In this document: one piece after another, positions 13,600 through 26,965 of the stretch
Position numbering within the stretch: the first letter of the stretch is position 1
Layout: each line of letters starts with the position of its first letter
Source: Psammoneis japonica
Lineage: Eukaryota
Length of the DNA: 64,000 bases
NCBI GenBank assembly: GCA_008632985.1
Contig: QPGO01000011.1
Location: 124,001 to 188,000, forward strand
Reading direction: 5' to 3'
The notes under the pieces: generated by a model
Databases searched by the model: none
What the model saw: only the letters and a program-made list of their open reading frames with translations
What the model was told of the DNA's origin: nothing
Translations under genes and position numbers: made by a program

Positions 13600-14400
13600 T
13601 CATGCAAAGTGTGCACTGATTGTTTGATCAATGACTGTGCTCCAATTTGCCCAGTCGTCCGCATCGTCCTCTTCATTCCATGTGTCTTGTCCGCTCTCTT
13701 GCAAGAATTTCAAACATGCCGCTGCCGCGTTGGATGTTTCCTCGTCACCATTCCAAAAAAGCCACACTGCATTTCTTGCATTTGGGTGAACATCATCAAG
13801 AGGAAGAGGTCCCTCAAAACACTGAATCGCATCACTGCTCCCCTCTTGACGTCGTGTTGTCGGCTTCTTTTTGTCTTTCTTCATTTTGCCCGTCCCATTT
13901 TTCTCTTCCTTCCTCGTCTTGGTGCCGCCTGTTTTCACTGTCTCCGGCGTCTTTCCATCTGAATCCTTCTTTTTCATCGATCCCGTCGCCGTCACCTTCA
14001 TCTCTTGTTGTTGTTGTTGTCCCTTCTGTTGTGTCACTTTGTTTTGGATCCATGTTTCTGACTTCTCTCCACGCTGTCTCCATTTCCGGATGTTTCTTTG
14101 TGATTGTTCGCATGCGTCACTTGAAGGCACCCACGTGTTTTTCACGCACCTTAACGCGCATGTAGAAATCCATGTTGTTTTCCAGCACACACACCCTTTC
14201 TCCTGATGCTGTTCTGCACAACATTTTCTTCCATCAGCTCTGCACTCCGCATTGCCCTTTCCCGGCACAATCTCATGCAGGATTTCCCTGGGAGAAGTCA
14301 CACACGCGTCTGGTGGGTTTTTGTGTTTAAAACTCCAAATCGCACCAGGCGCACATGCAACTTCTCCCACACACCACTCTGGCACATTTCCACAGAAACC
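13600..14400 (-). pseudogene. Possible decayed gene remnant, unknown product
   Basis: Protein-like charged segments (...KFLQESGQDTWNEEDDADDWANWSTVIDQTISAHFA*) spread over shifting frames. Confidence 0.3.
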
Positions 14401-17400
14401 AGATTTTTTGGTGTTGGAACAGCAACCATGGTGCCGCGTGACCTGTCGGTTGCCTCTCTGTTGCAAGACAACAATGGTTCCTGCCTCGAGGAGGCCGCAT
14501 TTGAATCTCTCTTTGCCAACGGTTTTGGAGTGATCGACAGCAACGAGCGGAGCCATGTCAAAGCGACAATCAAGACGGTGAAATCCAAGGTTCAGTTTCA
14601 CCGCGATTCCACTTGTGATCCCTCTCCGAATTGGATCGCGCTTGCCTGTGTGTGGCAAAAGTCGAAGGGCAGACCTCATTTTTTTGCAGAACCGATGGCT
14701 GTGAACCATGTTGTTGCAAAGGAACTTGGGTGCAAGAGCTTGCTGCACTTTCTTTTCGCAAAAGGATGGAGCTGTTCCAGTCAAGGCGCCAAACATCCTC
14801 ATGCTCCCAAAGCAGAGGACATGAAAGTCGTCGGCGACAAGGCAAAATCAACAGACACTGCAACCAACATGATGGCAAAGATTTCCATGTTGCACAAGCT
14901 TCTCCATGATCCCGGATTGTGTGACCCAAAGGGAGAGCCACTTGTCATGCACATTGCGCTGAGAAGTTTTGAAGGGAAGGTTTTGCGTCATGCGCAACAC
15001 CTTCACATTGGTTTTTTGATTCTTCGTGACAAGATTCCACAGTGCGCACCTGAAAGGAATGGTGATTACGATCATTGGCTGTGCTCCCTGTTCGGCGAAT
15101 GTGACAAGACATTGACTTGCATCAACTTTTTGGAGAATTTCCTGGCTCTTGGTCACTGTGAGACAGCCAAAGACGAATGCCCTGTGTCCTTCCCTGAATT
15201 CATAAAGTTGTTGTTCCGCCAACACAAACATTCTTGGGGACAGCCCATGCAACCAGCGATGCTCGATGTCGAGCAAGAACAAATGCACGCAACACATGTT
15301 GATGAGACTCTTTTAAGATGTGTGAAATTGATCGTGTGGTTTCTGCCGCTGACGATTCCGGCAAAAGCAAGGCTGCAAGGGATCGTTTTGAGGCCATGTG
15401 GAAAGCCAGGCTTTGTGACTTTGCCACTCAGCACAAGAAGAAAGAAATCGGCAATGCACTTCCATCCGTTGCGAAAAATGCTCGGAAACAAAAAAATCCA
15501 AATGGTGTGAATCCATCACATTGTTTGATTGATTGTTTGTGCTCCTCTTCTTGTCTCTAATTCTTCCATTCTTCTTGCCACCTCTTTGGCCGCCTCCCTT
15601 TGCTCCTCAAGCCCCAGTCTCAAAAACCCCAAAGATGGTGAACCTTCTGATGTTTCTCAGAACAAATCGCTGATTCTCCAAGATGTGCCGACTCTCAAGG
15701 AACAATTTGAATGTTCCCGAACAAAGTGGCCGACCCTCGGCACGACTTGTCAGTCGCCTCCTCCTCCGCCAGACAATTTCACAAAAGAAGAGCTTGTGAA
15801 AGTGTTTCCTGAACCATCTCCGTTTGCGATTCTGGGTGAGGTGAAGTCACAACATTCTCACCTTGTCATCTTTGAGGAAACCCCCATTTCCGGTTCCTTT
15901 GAGGGGAACTGTGTCAAGCACCAGTCATTCCACAGCATCTCCGATTTCTGCTTGGTGAATCACCTCCGCAAGTTTGTGCATGGATTTGAAAACGGCACAG
16001 CTCCCAATGATCCGACGCAAGAATCGATGGTTGCGATTGCTTGCCCAACCCAGCCAACCTCTCATTTTTCCGATGCGGTCACTTGTTTGCGACACACAGA
16101 CAAGATGCATCAGAAATGCTTTTTTGGATTGCGATTCAGTGTGTCGTTGACACTCCGTGCAGTGTTGGAACATGGCAAGCCGAACAAAAAAAGGGATGGA
16201 CCAGAATGCAAGTTGTGCTGTTGGATCTGTTTTGGTTGTTGTGGCCAGAATCATGAAGTCGCAGACGGTGAGTCAGCTGAAGTGGGACCTGCTCACAAGC
16301 CTGGTGCTGTCTTTGGCAGGGACAAGTGGGAGAAGCTTCCAAAGGATGTGCAGGCAATGACAGCCTCAATCTTGGATGCCATGCAACTCTGCGAGGATGA
16401 AATTAATCTTGCTGCATTGAAAGAAATGCGTTCCTTCCATGACCCGTGCCGTGACAGTCTTTTTGCGGCTGAGCTCCGCAAGATGGTTGGAGCCAAGCAC
16501 ATTGGAAGGGAAAGCATGGAAATTCAAGTTAAGTGCATCTCATCGTCCAGCAAAAAATCCGTTAATTCGGACACCAAGCTGCACATTGACAAAAAGGGAT
16601 TGTGACATGGATGGGTGCACCAAGACTGGTGCTCTTTGCTCATCACTGTGAGATGCTGTTGGTCGCTCTTGGTCGTTGAAGGTTGTCACTGCATCCAAAG
16701 GCAATGCTGGAAACTGTGTCAGTTCGGCACATGGGTGTGCCGAGTTCCGATCACGTGTGCATGGTCATTTTGCAAAACTTGATCTGTCACATGCTGCAGA
16801 AATGATGAGATGCCATGGCCCTCATCGTCCTCCGTCGGGCAAGCCAACCCACAGAAACATCAAAGATTTTTTCCTTGACCCTCACTCTGTGTGGGTGGAA
16901 GAGGAAATTGGCAAGCCAAATCTTCTGTCCGACACAGTCAAGTGTCCCGTTGTTGTCATGCCAAGGAAACGTCTTCCGTTTGCCATCGTGAAGGACTTTG
17001 ATTCATCGCGCGGTTGTTCGGCAATCATCGACAACCTTGATGAGGTTGGTGCGTGCGATTGCTTTCGTTGCGCCATTGTGGCTGGGTGTCAAACCGGATT
17101 CTCCCGTTTTTGCCACTTGTTGTGCAACACAGATGCTGTGAAGCATCCTTTCGTGGCTGGTGATCATGTCCTTCATCACTTCAGAGAAGCTGCGAGGCCA
17201 TTCGGCAGCATTGCGGGGGACTGCAATGACCGACGCATGCAGAGCCCGGGACTCGATTTCGAGGAGGTTCATGTGGCAGAGTGTGGGACAAAACTTGACG
17301 GTTTGATGGATTTGCTTGTTGGCAGACTGGTTGTTCTCATCGACTGGATCAACGACAATGTTGGCAAGCAAACGTTTGGCCACAAGGCGGTCGAGGATGT

Positions 17401-17895
17401 GTTTCAAACCGTGGTCCAAACATGGGATCATGCAGGTGCTGATTGTGGAGAGTTCAGATGCATGAACTCTGCACAGACATTGATGCTGTGTGGCACAGGG
17501 ATCCATCCTCACCCTGACCTTCGCAATCTTGTCTGTCCAGTGGCCAAGTTGGGAGCGGCGAAGCAAATGGAGGAAATGAAGGTCCCGGTGGAGGAGCGCG
17601 ATTTACTCTTGGAACGGATGGAGGGCGATTTTGATTTGGAAGACTGTGGAAAGAATGGCCAGAGTCTTTGCCATGTGACCTGAGTGCAGCTCGTGAAAAG
17701 ATGGGAATCTGCGATGTCTTTTGTTGCGGACAGCATCTGTTGCTCTTGTTCTCTGATGGGCAATCAATGATCAAGCGGTTTGGAAGGCATGAATGGGAGC
17801 CAGTCCCATTCATGACGATTGATGAAGTTCGAGCCAAACTGGAGCAGCAAAGAGAGGTCACTTTTTCATGGCAATCACATTTGCTTTTTGTCTGA
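14206..17895 (+). pseudogene. Large decayed gene (possible intron ~15505-15611, frameshifts ~16597 and ~17662); tentative HxD and HhH-like motifs
   Basis: Consecutive ORFs 14206-15510, 15529-16605, 16676-17683, 17668-17895 with globular-protein composition, almost no Tyr and excess Cys/His. Confidence 0.55.
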
Positions 17896-18036
17896 TTGTG
17901 CCAACATCATCACATTGATTTCTCGTTCTAACAGGAAGAAGGCCGCCGGTGATTTGTTGTCATTTGCAATGAACAAAAGTGATGATTGCAAGGAGGAGTC
18001 AATTGACGAGAAAACAAGCAAACTTCCTGCACTTGC

Positions 18037-18948
18037 ATGGGTGAAGAGGACAAAAGCGAAGAGCCCATTGACAATGAGCACAACCAAGTTGCACATTGCT
18101 CTGAGGGTGAAGAGGACCACAGCAACTTGGGAGATTGTTTCGCAAGTGACAAAACTGATGGGGAAACACACAATGTGCTGTGGTTGGGGATGACCCGTCC
18201 GCTCAATGCAAGGCAACTATCTTCTCAAGAATCATTCTCTGAGAAGGGGGTGGCCTTGGTGTCGTCTGACCAACACAGGCGAGACAAGGCCCATGCAATG
18301 GCATTTGAGGAATCTAACAAAACAATCACAAACGTCGTTCCAACAGTTTCTCTCCAAGACGGACATCCTGATCTGCACTTAAATTGCAATGTGAAAGCAA
18401 GAGATTTCGTCAAGAGAGTCAAGCAGCAGTTTGAGAAACTTGTTGATTTTGACAATCATGGGTTCAACCAAATCATGTTGGACTGCTGCTGGATGCCAGA
18501 TGGAGAGTGGCACGACAGTTGTTTTGGGGCGACTCAATTTTTCCAAAATCCAATTGATCTTCGGGCCTTGCTCTCCAAAAATGAAGAAGGGGGGGACACA
18601 GTGATTCCCTTTGCTCTTGCAACCTTCTTCCAGGTTGTCAAACAATGGAAGAAATTGTCGGCTGTGTTCGACATGTGCACAATGGACAAGGATGCTGCAA
18701 AGAGCCGTGCGAGTGTGTTCTTTGCAAGCAACCTTGTGGCCCAAGAACAACGAGAATGGTGGCTGGGAAAGCCTTCCAATCAGGAAGAAGCTCATCTTGG
18801 AGTTTCCAAAGAAGACATCAGAACAAAAGCAATGGAAGGTGCTCACGCCGCACTGCTTCACGTGTGCCGCAATGACTTTGCTGATTCTGAAAGGATCAAA
18901 TTCATCATGTTTGCAAGAAAGAGTCAGGCAATCACTGTGAGTGAATGA
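18037..18948 (+). pseudogene. Hypermutated gene, possible Rossmann/methyltransferase-like fold
   Basis: 303-aa ORF with no Tyr; NVLWLGM, VPTVSL and FNQIMLDCCWMP (back-mutates to LDYYWMP) segments. Confidence 0.45.
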
Positions 18949-19668
18949 CAGATCCAGACACGCACCCCATTTTAGAAACAATTCTGACCAACACTTCCTT
19001 CTGTCCTGTGCAGCCCAAACAATGGGGCCTTTTCTTGCGCTTCTGCTGCTCCTGGACATTGTTCATAAACCAAAACATTGTCCCCAATTGCTTTGATGGG
19101 GACAACCCGCAACTCAGGTGAGTGCTGAGTCTTCTCAGGCATTGAAAGCCAGTTGTTTCGTTTGTGATCAAGCTGCCAGCGACTGACCAAGTCTGTGTGC
19201 TGATGCCGTTGCCTCACATTTCTCTGGTCAATGTTGACAGGGCCTTCATCAAGACTCGTGCTTGTCATCCTTGTCTTGTGGATGAGAAGGGAAAAGAAGA
19301 ACAACATGCAAAAAATGGCATGAAAATGGCAAACATCACATTGTCTTCCAGATTTGGATGATTCTTGTGGGTGTGACGTGTCTGCATTTTGATTTTTCAT
19401 CTGGCATTTACAGGAACATTGTTCTTTTTTATTTGCTGTCAAAACAAAGGATGTTGTCTCCGTTGGAATGCAATGACAGCCATGTCAAAAAGCGAGTTGG
19501 ACCATTCATTGTCACGTGCAAATGTGTTCTCAAATTTCATGTCACTGACAACAACCCATGCAATGTCATGGAGAAAAACAGAGTGGCTGGCTGTCTCAAC
19601 ACGACCCAGACGACGGTTGCACTGTCGAACAGCAACACTGCTCTCATTGTTGCCGTGTGAAGATCAAG

Positions 19669-20987
19669 ATGTCGTCTCCAGCACCACCGGCAAAGAAGAG
19701 AAAGAAAAATGAGACTGTTGAGCCAATGAGCCCAAGACTTCAGGCAGTGTTGAAGAGAACAGGTGTGCAGGCAGGCATGGTGCATTGAAATCAGAAGCAG
19801 AGAAGGTGGCTAGAAATGATCTCTTTCCACAGGTGAAGTTTCTCAGTCCATCAGAATTGGCAAGCAACGGGAGCGTCTCAATGTTTGTCAAGAAACAGAT
19901 TGCTGGTGGCAACATGGACACTTCAAATTGGTCAGGAACTTGGGAGGAATGGGCAAAAAAGGTGGTAAAAAGGCAAACCAACAATCGCAGAAACATGGTG
20001 TGTTCGGCCATTGGGGCGGAGGCAATGGCCCGCAAGCCAAGTGACCAATGTGTGTGACTCGAGAGTTGCACGTGTCTCACAAGAAGATGACGGTGGTGCT
20101 TCATCTGTGTGGGCATTGTCACTGAGGAAGAGGGAAAGGAAAAAGAAAAGAAACTCAAGGCGGCAGTCAGGAGGAAAAAGCAAAACAGGAAAAAGTCAAG
20201 CCGTGACAAGAATGAAGAGAACAATGTCCCTTTTGTGCCGACATGGGATCCGTTCAGCCTGGACACTGTCGCCGGCGGCAAACGAAGGAACAAGCAGGCA
20301 TGCAAGTGGTTCTGTGATCACATCCTGCCTCAAACCAAGCAAAAGCAGGCATGGAGTCGCGCCGTCAAAACTGGGAATGCACAGGTCTCACAGTTGTTTG
20401 CGGCAGGTGACGAAGCTTTGGCGCCATCAGCTGTGGAGAATCATTGGCAGGTGTGGGCATGCAGGAACAAGGAGGAGGCGGTGGAAGAATTGGGTGAGGA
20501 AATGGAGCCCGAAGAAACAAGGCCTGCCCCTCGGCACACGAAGCCAAAGAAACAACGAGTGTCTTGGGGAGATGACGGAATCATTCGGTTCAACGATTTA
20601 CACAAAGAGGTGACGAAAGACAGAGACTCCAAGGAGGGCAAGGAGTTTGAAAAGTGGCACGCGGAGATCAAGAAAAGCAAGTGCGAGAAGTCTGGAGAAG
20701 CAAAAAAGAAGAAGAAGACAGCACCGACCGGTGATGCGGAGAAGGCGAAGGCAATGAACAGCCCAGTGGTGGAGAGCAACAGGGACGACAACAGCAATGA
20801 CGATGAGCAGGAGGAAGGTGCAAAAGGAAAAACGAATGATGGAGGAGCCGAATCCGATGAAGACGAGTCCAATGAAGACGAGTCCGATGATGATTGTCAG
20901 CTTAGTTTGGGAGAGTTGCAGCAAGAAAATGTGTGCACAGTTGACACAGCACTCGGTCATTGCACTGCAGACGTGACAAGGAATTGA
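19669..20987 (+). pseudogene. Decayed gene of unknown, probably element-associated family; NLS-like start, acidic tail
   Basis: MSSPAPPAKKRKK...LFPQVKF...VSQLFAAGDEALAPSAVENHWQVW...PRHTKPKKQRVSWGDDGIIRFNDLHKEVTKDRDS; interrupted frames. Confidence 0.6.
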
Positions 20988-23155
20988 CCCAACCGATGAA
21001 ATGTTTTTTTCGTTTAAAACAATGTTTGTGAAAATTAACAAACCAAGGTTTGTGTGGCAATGCAATCATGCATTGGCATGCGGCAACAAGGTGGAGGCAG
21101 AAATGGTGATGTGGACACAGTGAAAAACAGCATGCACAATTCTCAACAAGTCGTTGCAACATGGGTGCACCAAACTTGCAACCAGAGGTTGGCCTGTCAT
21201 CATGTGACAACAATGTTTTGCAATGTTTTGACAAATTGTCATCATGCAAATCCACACATTTTTAACATTTCGTGCACTCTGATGCGATTGGCCACAAAAA
21301 TTAAAAAAAGTCACAGACACAGCATCAGGAAGAGTTCATGAAGAACATGGGAACTTGGTGCTGCAATGTCTTGAGCTGTGCAAGCTCTCAAGAGCTCAAA
21401 TGCATCATTGCGCAGTTTCAACAACAGCTCTCCCTGCCTCCACGTGGTGATGCAGAGTTTGATTTGGCAGACCAGCACATCATGGGGCTCCAATGGCGCG
21501 TGTTGCTTCTTTTGGCTGCACAGCAGTTTGTGGCCCAAAAATGTGTGACTCATTTGCCCTGTTTGTCAGCAAGCCGATGCAACAAATTTGGAGGGTGAAG
21601 GACAGTTGTGTCAAGTCTCAAAAGCAGCTCAAGAGTGCAAGCCAACAAGAGCTGTCAGCTTTGTGATTCAGCAAGTGAGCATTGATTGCAAATTGTGGTG
21701 GCATCACATTTCCATTGTTGCTCTGGAGCAAACAGCAAATGGCACTGATTTGGCTGATGCAGCCAATGTGCGTGCATGCCTTGACAATCTGTTGTGCTGC
21801 ATTCTGAGATTGTGGAATGAAAAGAAGTTCTTGCTCTTGCATTGTTCCATCATGACAGAAATGTTTGAGCTTTCTCAGGCACTTTTGGGGCAATTGGGGA
21901 GTGAAAGAGGGCAAGTGAAAGAGGAGCCATCGAGAGATGCAGACGATGCCATTTTGATGCATTGTCATCTGGCGGCGTCGATGTCATTTGTGCAAAGTGC
22001 CGTGCTTTCTGGCTTTGCACTGCATCTGTGTGAGAATGTGCGTGCTTGGCTCTCGGATGGTCTGCATGCAACAAGTGCACCAGGTGATCTCCAAACGGCC
22101 CTCTTGAAGGTCAAACAGCTCCAAACAAAGCTTTGACAAAAAAAACTTGGCGGTTGTTGTCAAGTTTGCAGTGTCAGTGTGTGGGTTCAATTTTTTTCCT
22201 TTTTTGGGTTCAAACTTTCAATTGCAACCAACTTGGGTTTAAAGCTTGGATTTTGAACCCAATTGGGTCCAAAATTGCAGTTTATGACAAGCCCCAAAAA
22301 AGGGAGGCATGCACTTCTCACAGGGCTGCAAATCACTTCATTCCACCATCCTTCCAAGAGCCACACTGATGCAATGAGATTTGAGATTTTTGCACTTCAA
22401 AAAATGGAAACAAGGCTTGCTGGAGACAGGGTTGTTGAGGTCCTCGCCGGCAATGATCTGATGCATGAACTCAACCATTGCCTGCATGTTGAGGTGCAGG
22501 TCACAGCAGTGCTCCTCCTCTTTTTTGGTCTCTCCTGAAAGGGCAGTGAAATGAAGAGCATCCTGCCCCAAATTGTGGTGGCAAAGACTCACTCACCTTT
22601 GCTCTGGCAGGACTTCTTCATGGACCAACTGCAAGTCATTGCGCAGGACCAAACATTGGGACATCTGAGAGTTTTCCCAACAATTGTTTGTGTGGATGAC
22701 TTCAGCAACACAGGGGATGCAATGAAGCTTCAGCTTGTGGCAAAGAAAGGGAAGTGTGAGGAACTCTGGGGTGGGCAACCAATTCGTTCTCTCCACAAAC
22801 TGCTTTTTGGACACATGCATTGCAACCATGCTCCTGAGCTTGGGCCCAAACAGCTCCATTCTGAAACCATTGGTGAGATGATGCTCTGTGTCATCAAAAT
22901 TGACATCATCAGGAATGACAAAAGAGGGGTTGGGTTCAATCTCCTCTGCTGACAGGGCAAAGTCATTGACCGCCATGGCCGGCTGTCTGTTGGCGGAACA
23001 TGCAGAAAGTGCGCAAATCACAACAGCACACACTCTGGTCAAATTGATTTTGGGGAGACAGTGTGCTGTTGTGAAACATGCAGGAAATGGCATGCACAGA
23101 AGAAACATTGAGAACACAGCAGAGAAACCAGTGCAGAGCTCTGGAAACAAGTGTG

Positions 23156-23551
23156 GACGGGTTCCAGTCCCAGGTGGGACTCTGCGTGACATTGGGCTTG
23201 CAGAATTCTGCGCACGAGCTCCGCAGTAAATTTGTGCTGCAATGAAAATGTGAGTGATCGCCAACAGAAAAAGAGGCAATTTTACGAACGCTTCTCCTCC
23301 TTCATGCTTGCAGCACATCAACAACAGTTTGCCGGGTGTGTTCTGCAGACATTGAAGAACACACCCAGTGTGTTTTCATTCTCACAACTGTTGAAAATGG
23401 AAAGCCTTTGGCTTCGCAAAACAGGGAGCATGAAACAATTTCGTAGAATGCAACACGTGGAAATGCACGTCCGCGACATGTGATGAGATCCAAAAAACTG
23501 TTGATGTCACAGTGCAGCAGCACAAGTTCCCACCCAGAGCTGGAACGCATC
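23156..23551 (+). mobile_element. MITE-A, full-length (396 bp)
   Basis: TIR GACGGGTTCCAG.../...CTGGAACGCATC; 4-bp TSD TGTG; empty site AAGTGTGGTGTGAC at ~5530. Confidence 0.85.
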
Positions 23552-25133
23552 TGTGGTGCGACAAGGAAATGCACACACACACATGGAGGTGACTGGGCAG
23601 ACACGGACAGCAGCATGCGCTGTGACACACAAGGGGGTGAAAACAACAAAGCACAAACCAATTTGAAAGCCAAATTGTCAAAGGCATGGAGCATTGGTTG
23701 TCATGACCCAAAGCTTTGATCACAAAACATTTGCAGATGTGAGTTGCTTGAGCATGAATCATCAACACAAATGGGCAAAAAAATCCTCATGAAAAGGTCA
23801 AATCCTTGCACTGTGAAAACAATGTTCAAGTGTTGGCATCACAGTCAAAAGAATGACACAAACAAAATGCAATGGCACGACAAAAACCAATGAAAGTGAT
23901 TGCCAGCACATTGCGGGCTCTGATGTGCTTGGCTCTTGGGAAAGTTTCTGCACAAAAAGCATGCCAGACAATCTCTGGACCGCCACCTCAAAGGTCAAAT
24001 GGCTCCGACAAAGCTTTGACAAAGCAACTTGGCAGTTGTTGTTGATTTTGCAGCGACAGTGCTCGGATTCAAATTTTTCCTTTTTTGGGTTCAAACTTTC
24101 AATTTTGAACAACTTTGGGTTTTAAATTTGAGTTCTGAACCCAAATGGGTTCAAAATTGCAGTTTTTGACCCACCCCAAAAAAGGGAGGCATGCACTTCT
24201 CAGGAGGTGGCAGGTGACCTGTGCACATTTCCTGTCAGCTTCAACTACACTTGAGCAGGTGTGCCACAGTTTTTGGCCCGTTCATTTTCTGCGTGACCTG
24301 GCACAACCCAATCCATGCAGATTTGGCACATTTTGCCCTGCAGAACAGTTTTTGGGAGTGTTTTCTGGGTCGCAACACAAAATGACATGCAAAATGACAT
24401 GGACAATGGCGTTTTGCTGACTTTAAAAATGCAGTTGTTTCTGAGGTGCTTTGCAGTGTGCTCTCTGTGGAGTGTCGCACATTGTGGCACAAGGCATGCG
24501 ATGAGCTCAAGAGTGCTGCACAGGCTCACAAGGGTGGCTGATTGTGAAAAATCATGTCAAAGGATCGCGTCACAATGTTGCTTCTGTTGCGTTGCGACTG
24601 ACCTCATGCACTGCCATTCATGTTTTGTTTTGCTGAGGCTTTGTGTGTTCACAACCATTTGACTTGCACACGCTTTCTCTTTCTGCGTTGCGCTTTTGTT
24701 CTGCAGGCTTTGCATTGTTGTGAGGTGTCCCAGAGAGACACTTTTTCTCAACCAGCACATCATGGCAGCTCCAATGGTGCAGACCACTTCTTTTGGCTGT
24801 GCAGCCGCTTGTGACCAAAAAAAATGTGGCTTGTTTGGCCCATTTGTTTGTGAGCCAATGCAACAAATTTAGAGCATGAAGGACAAGACAGATGCACAGT
24901 TGTGTAAGTCTCAGAAGCAGCTCAAGAGTGCAAGCCAACAAGAGCTGCTGGCTTTGTAATTTGGCAAGTGAGCATTGAGTGTGGTTCATGGGGGCATCAT
25001 GTCTCCATTGTTTTCCAGGAGCAAGCAGCAGGTTGATTTGATTTGACTGATGCAGCCAGTGTGCACACATGCCTTGACAATCTGTTGCACTGCATTCTGA
25101 GATTGTAGAATGAAAAGGAGCACTTGGACTTGC

Positions 25134-25531
25134 GACATGTTCCAGCTCCAGGTGGGACCTCGTGCCACTGAACTGTGACATCAACAGTTTTTTGGATTGC
25201 GTCGTGTGTCGCACACGTGCATTTCCATGTGTGATGTTCTGCGAAATTGTTCCATGCTCCCTGTTTTGCAAAGCCAAAGGCTTTCCATTTTCAACATTTG
25301 TGAGAATGAAAATGCACTGGGTGTGTTCTTTGATGTCTGAAGAACACACCCGGGCAAACTGTCAATGATGTGCTCCAAGTGTGAAGGAGGAGACACGTTC
25401 ATAAAATTGCCTCTTGCTCTGTTGGCGATCATTTGTGTTTTCATTGCAGCACAAAATTTGCTGCGGAGCTCGCACGCAGAATTCTGCGGGCCCAATGTCA
25501 CATGGAGTCCCACCTGGGAATGGAGCCCGTC
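25134..25531 (-). mobile_element. MITE-A, inverted copy (same insertion site as 9831, so copied by segmental duplication)
   Basis: Same flanks and sequence as 9831-10219. Confidence 0.8.
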
Positions 25532-26965
25532 TTGTGCATCACTCTGCAACAACAGAAATCAGGAGCTTTCTCTGGCCCTTTTGGGGCAATTGGGCAAGTG
25601 AACGAGGAGCCATCGAATGATGCGGATGATGCCATTTTCATGCACTGTCATCTGGCAGTGTTGTTGTCATTCATGACGAAGAGCCGCGCTTTCTTGCTTT
25701 GTGCTGCATCTGTGTGGGAATGTGCATGCTTGGCTCTTGGGCTGTTTCTGTGCAAAAAGTGCACCAGGCAATCTCTGACCCACTCTCTCAAAGGCCAAAT
25801 GGCTCAAACAAAGCTTTGACAAAGAAGCTCAGCAATTGTTGTTGGTTTTGCAGCGCCGGTGTTTTGGTTCAATTTTTGTTGCGTGCTGCACTCTGAGATT
25901 GTGGAATGAAAAGAAGCACTTGCGTTTGCATTGCTCTGTCACAACAGAAATGCACAATCTTTCCCTGGCTCTTTTGTTGGGGCAATCACGCAAGTGAAAG
26001 AGGAGCCATCAAAAGATGTGGATGAAGCCATTTTGATGCATTGTCATCTGGTGGTGTCATCGTCATTCATGACGAAGAGCTGCGCTTTCTTGCTTTGTGC
26101 TGCGTTGGTGTGTGGGAGTGTGCATGCTTGGCTCTTCCAAATGGCTTCAAACAAAGCTTTGACAAAGAAACTCAGCAATTGTTGTTGGCATCACAGCACC
26201 GGTGTTCAAGTTTAAATTTTTTCCTTTTTGGGGTTCAAACTTTCAATTTTGACCCACTTGGGTTTTAAGTTTAGATTTTGAGCCCAAATGGGTCCAAAAT
26301 TGCAGTTTTGACCCACCCCTCAAAAAGGGAGGCACACGCTTCTCACAAGGTGAGTTTTTTCTGGCCCTTTCAGAGCAATCGGGCGAGCAAAAGAGGAGCT
26401 GTCAAAAGATGTGGACAATGCCATTTTGGCACATTGTCGCCTGGTGGTGTCATCATCATCCCTGACAATGAAATGCTGTTCTTTCTGGTTTCATGCTGCA
26501 TCCTTGCAGGAATGTGCGTGCTTGGCTCTTGGACAGTTTCTGTTCAAAAAGCACACCAGGCGATCTCTGGACCACCCTCTTGAAGGTCAAACAGCTCCAA
26601 ACAAAGCTTTGACAAAGAAACTCGGCAACTGTTGTCAACTTTGCAGTGTTGGTGTTTGGGTTCAAAATTTTTCCTTTTTTGGGTTCAAACTTTCAACTTT
26701 GACTGACTTGGGTTTTAAATTTGGATTTTGAGCCCAACTGGGTCCAAAATTGCAGTTTTCAACCTGCCCCAAAAAAGGGAGGCATGTGCTTCTCATGAGG
26801 CGGCAGGGCGACCTGTGCACATTTCCCACCAGCTTGAATTGCACTCAAGTGGATGCGCCACAGTTCTCAGCCCGTTTGTTTCCTGCATCGCCTGGCACAA
26901 CCCAAATCTGTGAAGATTCAGTGCATTTTGCCCTGCAGAACAGTTTTTGGGAGTGTTTTCTGGGT

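Noticed and set aside
13600..21000. Alternative genetic code or foreign (viral/bacterial) DNA with an intrinsic TA-avoiding composition
   Set aside because: Copies of host genes show the same bias, acquired by substitution; no viral hallmark genes recognised
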